Below are positions 21,400-36,800 of a stretch of DNA of 64,000 nt, piece by piece. Positions within the stretch are counted from its first letter, which is position 1. Each line of letters starts with the position of its first letter. The DNA lies in the NCBI GenBank assembly GCA_047495785.1, contig JBLDXI010000009.1, positions 558,001-622,000 on the forward strand, given 5' to 3'. The notes beneath the pieces were generated by a model. The model searched no databases. It had not been told where the DNA came from and saw only the letters and a list, made by a program, of their open reading frames with translations. The position numbers were made by a program, and so were the translations under genes. This DNA is from Lepidodermella squamata. Its lineage: Eukaryota > Animalia > Gastrotricha.

Positions 21400-22026
21400 G
21401 GGGAATTCGCGGAGATAGACGACGGGCAATGGCGTACCTTTCGCCTAATGCACCTTTGTGACTGATGTGACAGATTGTGACAGAATGTATGCCTAATGAT
21501 ACCAAGAGCGCTATCCTTCCACAGTTCAACGATTTTCTTTATCGCAATGATTAAGGCAGTTGTCTGCTGGCTTCGAGGTCAGAAGCACTGGCTTTGCACT
21601 TCTGGCTTCAGTTCGTGGCAGAAAGTAAATAAGCATGGGCGAAAACAAAAATAGGAAGCCAAACAGCGATTTCAAGTTCCGGTTTTCTCACCCATATATT
21701 CTAGCTACAATGAATACGTGCCAGTAGCTACCTTTTTGAGAAGCCTCCGAGGAAAAGAATAAAGGGCCGAAATCGCTTCATCTCTCCAAGAATTTCCCGA
21801 TTCCTGCTTTCGTACGATGTCCAACCAACCAGTGGAATTGTCACGATACTAACCTGAGAGTTATAATTCACTCGCAGATATTTTACGCAAAGCGCGAAGC
21901 GCGAATAACGCGTAAGTCAGCAGTTGAGCTTTGGCGTTTGAGGTTCCAGATTTCGCGTCCCAAGCAACTGATTTTCATTGGATTCGTGAAAAGTTGGTGA
22001 AGAATAAAGCAATACATAAAAATTAA
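21400..22026 (+). pseudogene. Possible decayed spliced coding fragment (weak thioester-protein/A2M-like resemblance)
   Basis: ...FEVRSTGFALLASVRGRN|YNEYVPVATFLRSLR across a GTAAAT...TTCTAG intron (~21626-21704); four in-frame stops downstream. Confidence 0.25.
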
Positions 22027-22384
22027 TATGTATTTAACAAAAAAGAAAACTAATAAAAATAATTCTGCTCGAATACCACTATAATGTCACTATTTTTACC
22101 GCATGCGAAAATTATGTATAATCGAACTTCGCAGGTGTGGTTCCTGGTCTTTTTTCCTGGTCAACCGTGGCCAGATTTTTCATTCAGATGTCAGACACCT
22201 CTACCGAATGTTATGCACAAACTTCGGGGTATAACGCCCTGAATAATGGGCATTTTTTGGAATTGAATTCGTCCATGTCCGAGGCATAATGGAGAATTAA
22301 ATTCACACCGTTGACCAGGTCCAGACTGGAGACTGGTGATCGGTGAGAAGTACGAATAGTAATCAGAGTAGTACTCATAAACCC

Positions 22385-22910
22385 AATGACTAGCCGTCCC
22401 CCATGCGCCTTAACTCAAGACAGAATGACATATCTCGATGCAAGAATCCCCTGCAGTCATCAATGTATCAAACATTTTGAAACATCAAACATCACTCACA
22501 GAAAACGTCCAAGCGATAACATCCACGATGTAACCTGTGTTCATGATCTACCAGGAAATATTTCGAATATCTAACATCTTGAAGCCCCTCCCGCAATTCC
22601 CATTCCATCCCTAAATAATCTGGATGATGCAAAAGACATCGAATTAGAATTTTCTAAATTGTAAATATTCTTACTATTTACTACTTACCTCTCTCAAAAT
22701 ACCTAAAATCCTTGTTGTGTCTTCCTCTCTTTCCACTTCATCCGCCTATATCCTAATTCTTATTTATGTCTAACAGACCTTTGTTGATGACTTCTACTTT
22801 TAATTGTTATTTGTTTTGTCTTGATAGATGCCTGAAGATGACGTTGAGAATAACGTCGAAACGTTGCAAAAGAATTTAAAAGATAGAAGAATAAAAGCGC
22901 TTTCAATAAA
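22385..22910 (+). mobile_element. Penelope-like retroelement 3' remnant (frameshifted GIY-YIG endonuclease C-terminus plus pLTR-like end)
   Basis: Frameshifted pieces TSRP...NDISRCKN...KHFETS...TRKYFEYL...PSLNNLDD follow the PLE GIY-YIG C-terminal pattern. They are followed by CTGAAGATG...CGAAACGTT and AATAAA signals. Confidence 0.6.
22829..22868 (+). ncRNA. Minimal type-I hammerhead ribozyme motif (PLE-type)
   Basis: TGC-CTGAAGA-T-GACGTT(GAGAAT)AACGTC-GAAA-CGTT-GCA: core boxes, 6-bp stem II, palindromic ACGT helix III, 3-bp stem I. Confidence 0.7.
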
Positions 22911-24157
22911 GTTATGCCGAATTATTACCAATGAAACATAAAGCTGTTCACCTTCGAGCGAGGGGCCAAAATCGTTTGTAACAACCAATCGTTAGCTTAA
23001 TAAAGACCCCGAGCTCAAAACAAAATCAGCTGGCATGTGCTCGCTGGAGCTCGTTCGACGCTAGCTCGCCTAGGCTTGCATCGATTGCTAGCCGTTGCCG
23101 CTTTTTCCAAACAGCTTCGCTTCGCTCGATTATACAGAAAATCCGTATAGGATATCACTAATGGCAGTTTGCTCTTACGATATTTTAAAGGTTTTGTCTT
23201 TTTGCTTATTTGCTATTCTCTTTTTGACTTGGACTTAATCGTATTCGCAGTTTCCAAGTAACAAGTAACAGCGGTGAACACGCCGTGGAAAACTGCAATC
23301 CGCGACATTTGCGAATACTGTTTAGGGCCACTTTCCTAAAATCCACGCAAATACAGACCAAGATATTGTGCCCAACAATTTTTTAAAAGCCTAAGCTTCG
23401 GGGACGTGTTTCTCTTTTTATTACACATGTTGATAAAAACGTGTCCACAAAATATGGGTTTCATCAGTAATTTACGCTGTGGTCATATAGCCTGTATCAC
23501 ATTAACATACCCCGATCCGTCACAACATTTTGACTGTCACATACTAGTCATGGCCGGATTCAGAGTGAAAACAGGAATGAACAACATTACAAAATCACTA
23601 GGCCAAAAAGTGCGACAATTTACATAGAGATCATACGAGTGAGATGGATATAACAACATTTTCGAGAAGTTTCAGTTAGAAAATTTACTGGCGACCTCAG
23701 CAAACCGCCCGAGAAGTTGACGGACTGAAAGTTGAACCATGAGAGAGAGAGATCAGGCGAAGTTCAGTCAAAGAAACCGTAGCACAAAATACGGACGAAT
23801 TGGCATAGCAACATGGATTACTCATCGTTATGGTTTAGCCGAAGACATACCTCAATAAAAAGCGCTTTTGATCTACACCACTATCGGCAAATATTTCAAT
23901 TAAAGAAACTTATTAACGAAATGAAACATGACTGTTTGAGGCATCACCGGCCAATCTTGGTGCAAATAACAAAACTTGAACAAAATAATTGAGAAGGCTC
24001 GTATTTTTACATCAGGATTTATCCAAAACTTCTGACAGCTAACCCGACACTCATCACTCATTCAATCATGGAAATTCTAATAAGTTCTAAGACGTACAGA
24101 AAACTGTTCGCGATATAAAACGGCCGTTGCGGTTACCTGCACACAGTGCAAGGTCGG

Positions 24158-25343
<1,186 letters not shown>

Positions 25344-25515
25344 CAGAAATAAATTATATTATAAAACCCAGCCAGTCTAAACGGAAAATCAAAAAATATT
25401 TAAACATCAAGATGTGAACAGCAGCAACAATAGCAATATTATTTTGGCGACTAAAGCGATTGGGTTGCTGAATTTCTGAAAGATATAATCAATGATGAAA
25501 GCATCGTATAAGCAG

Positions 25516-27107
25516 TCAAGGCATGAAAAAGCGGCCAAGTGTCGGGATGGCGTCGAAAACAACTTCAATGCAAATGAGAGCGATGATCATCCATTCAAGT
25601 CGAATGTGATGCGAGTCGTTGAGGTGAGAGCGAACGAGCTCGACCAGTTCGAAGCTGTGGTTCAGCTTCTCGTTCACCAACCGCGTACGATGCGGCACGT
25701 TCAGAAACGAGCGCGTTCGCCTGAACAGTTCCTCGAGCTGCGGCCGGTCCCAGTAGAAATCGGGCGTCTGCAGCAGATCGGAAGCCAGGTTGACGCGGTG
25801 CCGGAAGGAGAGCAAGTCGCCGCAGTGGCGCAACACGTCTGAGCGAGAAACTCTCAAGCGGCGACCTCCGCGCAAATCGTCAATGACACCGTCGACAGAT
25901 TCTGCCAGTTCCGCTAGCTGACTCTCCCAAATGGCGAGGCGAACTTAATAATCCAATAAACACACAATACATATAGCTACTACTCAAAAAAACCGCAATC
26001 GATGGTAAAACGCACCGGAAAGCCGAACTGCTTCTGAAAACGCAAATTTGGTAAGAACCGACGGCTCGACGTCCGAATCAGATTCGGAAATGGCCAAGGG
26101 GGAACACGACGGGTTTAAAATAATAGTGTTATTCACGACTCGAGCGTAGCCTCCACTTAAAAAAACACAATGCAACACATGCAAAAGCGAGACGAGAAAC
26201 ATACTCAGCGACAAGGTATTCCAGGTGCTCAACTTCCGACTCAACAAGTTGCGGCGGATGCGACCCGCGTTCAAACGTTTTCAGAGTCTTAAACACGGAT
26301 GTTTGCTGTGTATCAAAAACACTGTAAATGACACGAAACGGAAGCGAAATTGCGTTAAGAGACCTCCTCTTTGCTGCAATTCCAAAATACAACAACGCCA
26401 TCCCAAAATACGACAAAATCCTTCCGGAACGCCGGTATAGTGGGAGGCGTGAGATTCGCTTGCTTAATCGAGCAGTAAATAGCGTCATTTCCAACGTCTA
26501 AAATTCGGCGAATTGACGACGGAAAAGCATAGTTTAGTGAAATTACAACCTTCTGGTAATGTGTGAACAGCGTAATCTTCCGCCAATACCGCATGCAGTT
26601 TAGACATGTTGTCGTATTGGTCAGCAGTGGCAAAACCCGAGCAAGGATAGCGAGACCGACCGAAATCTACAGTCTAGTATGAAAAGCTCATTACTACGGA
26701 ATGCCGACTGTTTAATTGAAAATTACCTTCCTATTGATAAGCTTCGATTTTCGAGACCCTTTAGCCCGATTAGGATTAGTGGTCGGAGGGTTGGTGGTGG
26801 TCGATTGCAGCATATCAGTTATTAATGTCTCATTGCTTGGTTCAGTTTTGAAATCTGGTTTGGCGACACCGGCAAGAGTTTGCTTCAGTTCTGAATCGGC
26901 ATTGGCTGGTTTCTCAACTTTTATTGCCACCTCAGTTGCAAGACTCCGCTTGAACGCAAGAGTGCCCCTGAACCGGGCATCAACACCCCGAAGTTCAGCC
27001 GTTGCGAGTAAAAACGGCACGCGAGCCACCGGCACAGCAGTGTGAAGCCTTGCATAGGCACAGCTGTTGACTAGGAAAGTACGGGCTAGCCGTACGGCTA
27101 CGTTCAT
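25516..27107 (-). CDS. RMND1: RMND1 (DUF155) mitochondrial protein, multi-exon
   Basis: Mitochondrial-presequence-like N-terminus; VVFWDGVVVFWN; RHRVNLASDLLQTPDFYWDRPQLE...LNEKLN...HHIRLEWMIIALICIEV. Confidence 0.92.
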
Positions 27108-28080
27108 CAGTTTAGTAATATCCTAGACGGAAAAAAATCAGCAGTCTTTAATAAAAGTGTGAGGTGTTTTATCATTTCAATAAAACGGTTACATTCAAGA
27201 AATCACAACAGCTATTCGTGAAAATGAGCGCATTTTTCCGGTAAAAAAAAAGTACAAATAATGAGTAATTATTGCATTTTAAAATTATCGCAGGAAGGCA
27301 GGGAGTTGTTACCCTGGTGGAATGGTTAATGATTTTTAATGATTTCGTAATTGATGGCAACTGAGGATTGGCAAACTCACATTATCGTGAATGCACGGCG
27401 CGCTTTGGCAAAGCCAGATCAACGCCGCTGTCATTTCCCATTTGTAATAATCCTCATTTGTAATAATCAGCCAGTACTCGGGTGCTTAGCATATACACCT
27501 TTCGGCTGAGCTAGCGCTCTAGCTTGTACTATGATGAAACGCGCTCCGAGGAAAAAATCGATCAAATTTGCTTTTTCACGCGCATTTCAGACATTAGTCA
27601 AGTCGAGCTGTCGATTAAAATCGCAACAAACATAAAGACGTGCATAGCCCGGCGTTTTACTAGTGCTCACGATTCGATCTGCATTAAACCTTATTAAACG
27701 TCGACAAAAACAATTAGGAGCACGCACACACACACAAATTATAAACAGCGCTACAAGTGTTGTTGTACCGTGCATTAATACATCTCTGTAAGCACGCATG
27801 TGAACGTATCGAATCGAATTTGTCGGCCGGGTTGAGGACCGGCGTGAAATAGAGCACATTATCGACATAATCGCGACAAGGAAATCACTTTGAGCGCGCG
27901 AAATTAATTGGCTTCGCTCTAATAATTAATGTAGAGAAGCGGAAAGCACTCATAAGACGAGAGCTGGCGTACCCTGGTAGCTATCGCTTCACAGTAGGCT
28001 AAAAATGCGATCGCTAATAAAACAGAGATCATGTGAGCGCAGATCAATTGAGCAACAACGTAAACTTTTGAGCAAAAAAA

Positions 28081-30112
28081 TCAATCAGCAGGCTCGTCAG
28101 CTAGAGCCAAGCACTCTTGAAGAGGATTGTGCAGCTGCCTGGCTACGTTTTGAGCGGCATGTAGTGCGCTGTACAACTTTTCAAGCTTCTTTCGAGAGGA
28201 ATTACATTCAGTTCGCAAACGCTCCACTTCGCGCTCAAGTTCCCGAGTGCGCTCAGTGGATTTTTTCTCGGAGTCACATGCGTTTTCAGCCTTCAATCGT
28301 AAGGCTTCGAATTCAGCCGAGTAGTTTTTGCTCTCTTTCGTAGCTTTTTCAGCACGCTGCTTCGCGTGTTCAGCTTCTTCCCGGGCGATGTCCAAGTCGT
28401 GTTGTGACGTCGACAGCAATTGAGACAGCTCGCGGACACTTCGCTGAAGTCGCGTGATTTCATCAGTAGCATCCCGCAGCGCAGACGAATGCTGCCGTTC
28501 GGCATTCGCGCGATCGTTGTCAGAACTAGAAATAGCATCTCGCCAACGCTTCTCCAACATATCTAATCGTTCTTGATATGCAACTCGCTCACGAACAAGT
28601 GCCATTTCAGTACCACTCTTCGCGTTGGCCAACTCGACCTCGGCGGCAGCTTTCTCCGCCGCCAACCTCGCAACTCGGTCCTCTAATTCGGTTCGCTGTT
28701 TTCTCGCGTCTTCCAAAGCAAACTTCAAGCGGTCAACCTCCCTTTCCGAGTCATAAGATTTCTGTTCCATCTGCGTCTTCTCAGCCTGCCAGCGCCGTTC
28801 GAGGTCGCTTGAGACTGAGGCTAATTTTGCCTCGGCTTTTGCAGCTCTACTGCTTGATTCCCGGGCAGATTGAACTGCACTACCCAACTGGGATTGCAAA
28901 TCAGCTGCACGGTGTCGCTCAAGAGCTACTTCGCTCTCCAATGTAGAAACTCGACTAGTCATCATTACAACTTGGCCTCGCGCGTCAGTCAATTCGCTAG
29001 CAACCAAGGTTAACTGTTCACCCCATTTTTCCTCGAGGAGCCGTATTTCTGCGTCCTTCTTCTTCAGAGCTTCCCCAAGAAGTCTCACTTTTTCGTCGGC
29101 TATCGAAGAAGCGGAATCAACATGCTGTTTAATGGCTTTCAGCGCCCTCGCCTCCCTATCAATTGCTCGCTGGCGTTCCGAAGTCAGCGAAATCCAACCC
29201 TGTAACAATTCACGAGTCAACAAACATTTAGTTAAAAGAAATGATAGACGCTCTACCTGAATTATATCAACCACTTCGCTGGGAAGGTTACATCCATCGA
29301 GGCGGTAGACAGTCAAGTTTGAAGAGTGTCCACTTAATCTGGGAATCGTTTTCATAAGGGCTTGGCCGCCTTTCACGCCTATCGCGGCGTTCCATCGAAT
29401 GTCAAGATTGCGAAGTGAACAGTTCTCCGCTAAAGCTTCGCCCAATCGAGCTGCTCCTTCCGCGTCCATGCAATTACTACGAAGGTCCAGCAACTGCAGA
29501 CTTCGATTGATTAAAAGACCAGCGCATAACCGGGCGAAAAGCGTTCCATTAACACCGAGTTCGTTCCAACACAACGTCAACCTTGAAAAAACTGTTAGAA
29601 ACTAGCGTATCATAGACAAAGAAATCACCTACTCCGTCAGCGTTGCGTTTTCGTGTAAGAAAGAGCCGATCGAATCACAACAATTCGAAGTCAAGACATT
29701 GCCTTTCAAGTTCAGTTTCTTAAGCGAAGGGTGAAATTTGATACTGTTGAATATTGTACTGGCACCTGATGAACATTGGAAAATAAGACTACAAATTTTC
29801 TAAAATTAAACAAATTACTGCAGTCGCCTAATGAACAGTCAGATAGATTTAGTTCAGTGATGTTTCCTGATAGTGAAAAGTCGAACAAAAACGCTCTCAA
29901 AGTCAGCGAGTCGTCTTGGCTGATGTTGAAGCCAGATAAGTCGAGTACATTTTCAGCGGAGTACTTGCAGCTGAAAAGACAGGCTAATATAAATTACATT
30001 TCCGCTCATTAACGAGTAGCACTTACCCATCCAACTTAGACTGAAGGTAAGAAGAGCCGAGGGAAAAAGACACGCTTTCCAGTGTGCGTTTACTTATAGG
30101 ATCAGCAGCCAT
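28081..30112 (-). CDS. LRRC45: Leucine-rich repeat and coiled-coil protein LRRC45-like (multi-exon)
   Basis: RI-like LRRs (LNLSDC, LNLKGN, LTLCWNELG, LDLRSN, LDIRWN) followed by a ~280-aa coiled coil. In-frame intron near 29257-29200. Confidence 0.8.
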
Positions 30113-30633
30113 TAACACCCAATTATATATTGTATTGCTTTGAAAACAGGTTTGGAGGCCGCGACGGACAAACTTGGAATTTAATAGCTTATGAACTTCT
30201 CCCAAATTTCTTCATATTCCTTAAATGACTCAATAGCCTAAAAAATAACAAGTCAATTATACAATATAATAAGTTCATTTCGGTCCGATGTTGCATTCTA
30301 GAGGGAGCAGTTTCAGAGAAAAATATAGCTGGGATAGTTTTCATGCAAAAAATCAATTTAGTAGCGATTGCACATTAAACCGGGCTCCTTGCTGTCCCCG
30401 GCTGATCTTCATGTATTTAAAAAAGTTTTCTGTTGAGTCTTACGTAAAAAAGCATCCAGTATAAGAAATTAGCACTATCATCTCAGAGCGTCAACTTGAT
30501 GTGAAGAGCAGCTCAACAGTTTTAAGACGAAGAACTACGAAATAAGCGTCAAAGTGGATTTATCCACGCGAAGAAATTCAGGTACATTTACATTCAAACA
30601 AAATGAAGTCACAAACAAAACGAGCATCCATCA

Positions 30634-32846
30634 TTACTTATCCTGTAAGGACAATTCTAGGGCCTTAGCCAGATCAGCTTCTTCTTGAGCCAATCGATCA
30701 GCCTCACTGGAATGGATGTCACGCATTGAAGCAACCAACGCAGCGTGGAGTACGCGCTCGTCATCTTCTATCGGCATTGATGTATTTGTCGGAGACCCGC
30801 TGCCGTTTGCCTCCTGTAAGCTCATGGCAAGGGCAATTTGCATTTGCGACTCTTCATCAGCCTCAAAAACAGCTGAGTTATTGGGCATACCTCCACGAGT
30901 CGTTGTTTGATTGGAAGATAGGGATGACACTAGTCGCTCACTGAACACGCTATTGCTTCCACTTTGATGGCTTTCAATCGTCGCCTCGACAGTGTTTGAA
31001 AGAAAATCACCATTACCCCTTGTAACGTCCTGAACACGCACATAACCAGGTGGAACTTCGAAAACAGTTTCGTCTACGGCGCAGAATGTTGTCTCATACG
31101 CTGGCCTATTAGGCTGTTCACGATTTCTTGGATTCTCTGGAGGTGTTACGTCTTTAAAAGTGTGGACGCCTTCAACAGGTGTTGTTGTCGCATGTACATT
31201 TTGCTGAAGAACAGTTGCAGTGAGAACATAGTAGAGTGGCATTTCAATTTTCACGGGGAATCCAGCAGGCAAATGAACAGTGATAAATTCTCGCAGCTTC
31301 TTCACATGGGAATGCCTTTGAGCTAATAAATCAATTATCGGCAATATTTGGTCTTGCAAGCTGAGGGGAAACTTGTCGCTCATCCAAAGGGTGGCATGAA
31401 ACTTCTGAACCTTAGTAGTCACCTCTTTCGGCCTCCCAATGTGACGCTTTTCCAAAGAAAATGATGCGTTAAAATACTGGTCCTCGGTAACATCCCCAAG
31501 GTCATCTTTGGACTCTTCGACTTGAACGCTTTGTTTAACAGCTGCGGACAGCAATGACGCAAGCCTTCCATGCTCTTCCGATTCAACTTGAGGGCTTTTG
31601 CTTGATGAATGCTTTTTGTCGCCTTTGGAAAGATGCTCCGTGCGCTTTTGGCTCACCAGCTTTACGTCACTTGCAGTATATACGTTGCACTGATAGCCAC
31701 CGACATCTTCACATTTATCTATCGAGTTTCCAAACGACATTAACGATCCTAAGAAACCGGCACCCGTTTTAGCTCTTTCGAATGAAATGGCATCGACGTC
31801 AATAAAGGAAGACACAACAGGGTTAGTCAATCGCCAGGCGATTTCCTCAGCGGGGACCACCAGAGAAGACGGGGATGTTGGAGGTTTCTGCAACAATAAA
31901 TTAAAGCCACGTCCGACAAAATATTAAACTTGAACATACATGAATCTCGATTTTGGACATGCTGTATTGGCGAGTATCATGATTTACTTCCAATACTTCG
32001 GCGCAATTAGAAGCCAATCGAAAAATTAGCGAAAGTCTTCATATACGACAAAAATGCTGTGAATTAATAAAGCAATTATTTAGCAGACAAAATTACCTTC
32101 CACGTTTCCATTTCCTATTTTCGAACCCAAGAAGAGTGGTGTCTACCCTCACAGCATTTGCAGATTTCCAAATCTTGTAACTAAATCAGCCATATTATCA
32201 TAGCTAGACGTTTCAGCATACGTTAACTCACGTGTCACTGGGTAATAAATTAGAGACGAAGGGAACCCAAGACGAGAAAGACCATGCCATTTCAACATAG
32301 AAGTCCTGAATCAATTAAAAATATCACTCCAATAAGCATGCTGTAGACTCGTGCGCAAGAGAGACAAACCGGTGAGCCTCGCAGCTTTGAAAGCACTTTT
32401 GGAACGGTGTCGTTAGCAATTTGAAGCAGCTGATAATGCTTGTATTGAAGTACCAGCTTAAGCAAATCTGGGTCAGCACTGGCTGTAGCCTCATCGGTAG
32501 CTAACAGAAATGATACTTGACATAACGATGGGACGTGCGAAAAGCCAAAACATACCAGACCAGTATTGCTTATCGACTGCCATGCAATTAGCGCCGTGAG
32601 CCAACAGCACTTTTACGCATTCCATTCGGCGCAAAGCCACAGCTAAGAGTAATGGTGTTCTACCACGAGGGTCTGCTTTCTCCAGAAACTCCTATGAGCA
32701 CTTAGATAGAAACATTTCGCTTAACTTTAACTGAAGTGGCATACCTTAGCATCCTTGCCAGCAGAAAAGAAGTTGGACAAGCCTCGAGCGTCATTATTCC
32801 ATACCATGCGATGAATGAGGAAATCATCAGCTGAACTGGTAGCCAT
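30634..32846 (-). CDS. ANKRD13: Ankyrin repeat domain protein 13 with C-terminal UIMs (multi-exon)
   Basis: FLIHRMVWNND, DPRGRTPLLLAV, DFYVEMAW, ATLWMSDKFPLSLQDQILPIIDLL, LPAGFPVKIEMP, and three UIMs (MQIALAMSL, LHAALVASM, LAKALELSL). Confidence 0.93.
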
Positions 32847-33859
32847 TAATGTGTTAATAAATCTTCGCATATAATGTAAAGAATTACTCAAGTTTCAATT
32901 ACATGTTGAGATTGCACGCGTAACTCTTTGTACGTACGCATGTTGCAAAAAAGCTCACATAAAGAATAAAGAGCCAACTTTTAAGTGAATCTGAAACTGT
33001 CGGACCAGCCATCCACGGCTCAATCCTGACTCCAACCCCATTCTTAACCGTAACAAACCGTAACCTAACAAATCAGAGTGATTTCAAACCTTGAAGAATA
33101 TAATGCATCCAGCCTCCAATCGATAATACACAGATCCGCTCAGTTCCCTTTCGACATGATTCACCAGCAATGTAACAACTGAATAGCATGCGATGGTAAT
33201 TTCGAGACTAAATAGGCTAGAAATGCTATTTTTCTTCAAGCAGAGCGCCATTAACGCCCCAGGTCATATACCATGGCTATGCCTGATGACACTGTCAGCA
33301 AAGAATATGACATAACACAAGAATAAAGTTTGGAGCCAACAAGACAAAGCTACATTTCCGTCGCTAAGGAGGTTAAAACGCTCTCATGTTAGTAACAAAA
33401 CATCATATATATATACGTAAAATGATTTTTTAATAATAAATAAATTCAAGTATTGCATAAACAGCAAATAACTTTTTTATTTGGCGCTAAAAATTCAAAT
33501 TTTCGGAAGTGATCGATTGCGGGAAAACCTCATCCGGTTCAGGTACTGAATGCACTGCATGAGGCTGCTGCTTGATTGCAGCATCATGAGCTATGTTATT
33601 GTCATTTTTCAAGTTTATTGACCGAAAGTTTATTGATTCAGCCTTTGTCTGAATCGACGTTATTTTTAAGATGGCATGACCGCTCTCCATTCTTGATTCT
33701 TTCCTGATGTTTCAGTGGATATTTAAACTTTTACTAGGCTGTGCCGATTATTACATACTTCTTTTGAAATGGTGAATTTGGGTTGACTTATTTCATATTT
33801 CATCGTCTAGGTGAGAAAATTTATGTTTTCGTAACAGTGAGATGTCGTAGGATTCAGTA

Positions 33860-36800
33860 ATGCACAAGAGAATCTGGAGAATTCTGGAAATTCTGTCATT
33901 CATATGTTGCGCTTCATCTCAAAGATTCCAACTGCGTCTTGATGGGGCCGTTGATGGAACATTTGTTAGTCATATGCGATCCTTGAAGTTGACTGGAGAA
34001 AGTGTTATCAAATCACCTTGGCGACACGTCCGTTCCTTGTTTGTTGATCGTGTGGGTCTCAGTAGTACTCTCACGGTCGATTATGAAATGCTTACTGACA
34101 CGATTAGTTTGGCGAATGCATTATCGCATCTACTTGAAGCAGATGATGCATACGATTATGGATTAACCGCGCACTTGTTCACCTCTGCATCAACTGTTAC
34201 GAGTGCTGATCCGTCCAATGTCGACGTCCATGTTTTGCTACATGCTGCTAGCGATGCTCCTGCCTTACTATCAGCTAATGCCACAGAAATATGCATAACA
34301 GTCGCTTTCAAGTCCGACACATTGCAGAGCCACAGTGTCTGCACACTATCATTACCCTATGACACGGTTTGCATTGTTGGAAGGTCACTAGATCGACGTT
34401 GGTTCATAGGCAACAAGCCCGTCAATGTCTCGTTTAGTTTGCGAGCTGTAACTTCTTCAAGCTTCTGCTCTGTTAATTATCAAGATCCAATGGAATCGAC
34501 TCGGATGTGGCATCAAATAGATCGAGTGGCTGCTCCTACTCTCCATAGTTCTGCGGCCCTTACTTATGCAGTGCTTGACCACCACACAGTGGAATTATCT
34601 AGTTCCGAGGTTGGAAGGGGCCGGCCACAAGTGAGCATATTACTACCACCTAAAGATGCGCACTTCAGAGCTGGCGATTTGTTGCGGGTACCAGTCCAAT
34701 TGAATCCTGGCAATAGCTTGGCATCCCTTCTAATAAGGTAGCTTTAATGCCGAAAACTTTATTTTCTCAATGAGTTTAATTTTAGAGTCAACGCATCGCC
34801 GTCGCTGCAACTAAGCGAGATGCGATTGCTTCACCCAGACTGGCGTTTATCAATAATTTCCGACAGTAATAATCGTGTCGCTGTGATTCGAGCCACCGCC
34901 GATCCTTCGTTAGTTGTTACAGCTCTTTTATTTTATCACTCTTATCATCCGCTGTTAAAAGTGGTGCGCAGTTTTACCTCCAGTTTGTTCTATGACTTTT
35001 AATGGATCGTTAGTTTATCGGTTTCATTATTTAGGTGGCAAGTAACTTGAACGATCATATTCATTTCATTCCGTTTCACTTGCGTGATTATTAGGTATAT
35101 TAGCAATATGTATCTTGCGCTATTCGGCTCCCTTTCTTTTCCGGCTATCAGTTTCTGCAAGAGTAGCGATAAATATTTATTTTATGGCAAGTCAGCAGAT
35201 TTATCGAATCTGTTGCAGAAAACCAAAACAGGCTGTGAGTTGCCTAACCAGCGCGTACTATGAATGAAACTCAACCTCCGATATGTAATCTTCGCGTTCA
35301 TGCAACTATTTGGACGCTTAGCAGCTGGCGTACATTGAGTTGAACATAGACAGTCCGTAATATGTTTTTTTTTGGCGGCCTATTATTCTGCGCTAAATGT
35401 AAACATGAACGTGCTTTGCGCACTATTAGCGTCAGGATGAACATCACCACAGGGATTCCAGGCACGTGTTAAATTATTGTCATTATTGCCCGTCCTGAAA
35501 TTGTTGCCGAAGATGAGAATAGCATAAAAGATTGCACAGCTGGTGACACAATCGAGCGTTTTAGCGATACAGAAATACGATTTATTGTTTACAAATCAGT
35601 TGAGCATCCACATACATTACCTGTATTAGTTGTTTTGTTTTTGCTTTCGCGCGGGCTGCTCCATTTGTCTAATTTGTTTCCTCAGCGCGACATTGCCATT
35701 ATTGTAATATGTGTACTTTGTACCCTGAATGAATACGCGCAAGAAATTCACCCACTTGAATATGTGCGAATCTACTGAGCCGATATTTTCGCTTGATGTT
35801 ATTTGGCGTGCCTCCTTACCGCCCACAGGCTTTTTTTTAGCAATTTCTAATGATAGACACAACAAGACATTGAGAAGAGCGCTCTTTTCCTGGGCGATCG
35901 CTTTCAGTTCGTTCGGCTTTCTTTGGATTTGCAAATGGCAGTTTGACAATATCGATTCTCATTCGCGCGTATCGAAGTAGCGCGCTGGACCGCAAAACTA
36001 ATAATTTGCCTAACGTACACAATGCGAACCAATATATAGTCAATCGTGTGTTTGATTATTTGCCAAGCAAGGGATCTTGGTCCCTATCGGCTGTTAAATT
36101 ATGTCGTTTCCGAGCCGCGCCGCATATATATCGCCTCGTATTTATGTAAAGATCGCAGGCAATATTGCGACCGCAGAAATGTATGTAGCAACTGCTGCTG
36201 CTGCTGCTACTGGCCAGTATATTGCATACTTGTAGTATTATCGAGTTTTGGCTTGTGTTCTTTGCTGCCGGCGAGGTCTTTATGTTTGGCTTAGCTGCGT
36301 CGCGCCGATACTAGTAGTTGGTGCGATTTCGCTGCAAAACATTTTCGCAACTAGCGCGTATTTTCATTTGATTTTTCTATGGATCGGTTTGCCGCCCGTA
36401 TATATTAGGCCCTTCCTCTCGCCACATACAGCTGACGATGTAATGATCTATGCCTCACAGCAGTGCCAAATTAATTTCACAGGGTACTCTTGCAAGACTG
36501 TAGCGGCGGGCGGTCACTATGTGGCCATAGCAGCGGACAGTAAGCAAAAATAACGCGTAAAAGAGAAGAGACGTCGTCGATATATATGCGAATGTTTGCC
36601 GATTGTTGCCGCTTTTTTGTGTATGTGTCATAATCCTGCGAAGCGGCGGCAGCGGCGGCGTGGTCACTGCTCGATGCAAAATATGTATGCATAGCCACAA
36701 CAAATTAAGATGGGAAAATAGTGGCGTGCGCGATTTGATCGGAAATGAAACAAAAGGCGGCGGTGGTAGGGTGTGAGAAAAAGCTTCGTGTTCTTAATTC

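Noticed and set aside
33040-33075. TAACC-like repeats as telomeric sequence
   Set aside because: Only 2-3 degenerate units.
35030-35046. Possible 3-nt microexon (TTTAG|GTG|GCAAGT) in the TMEM132 intron
   Set aside because: Needs a GC donor and has no other support; expected by chance.
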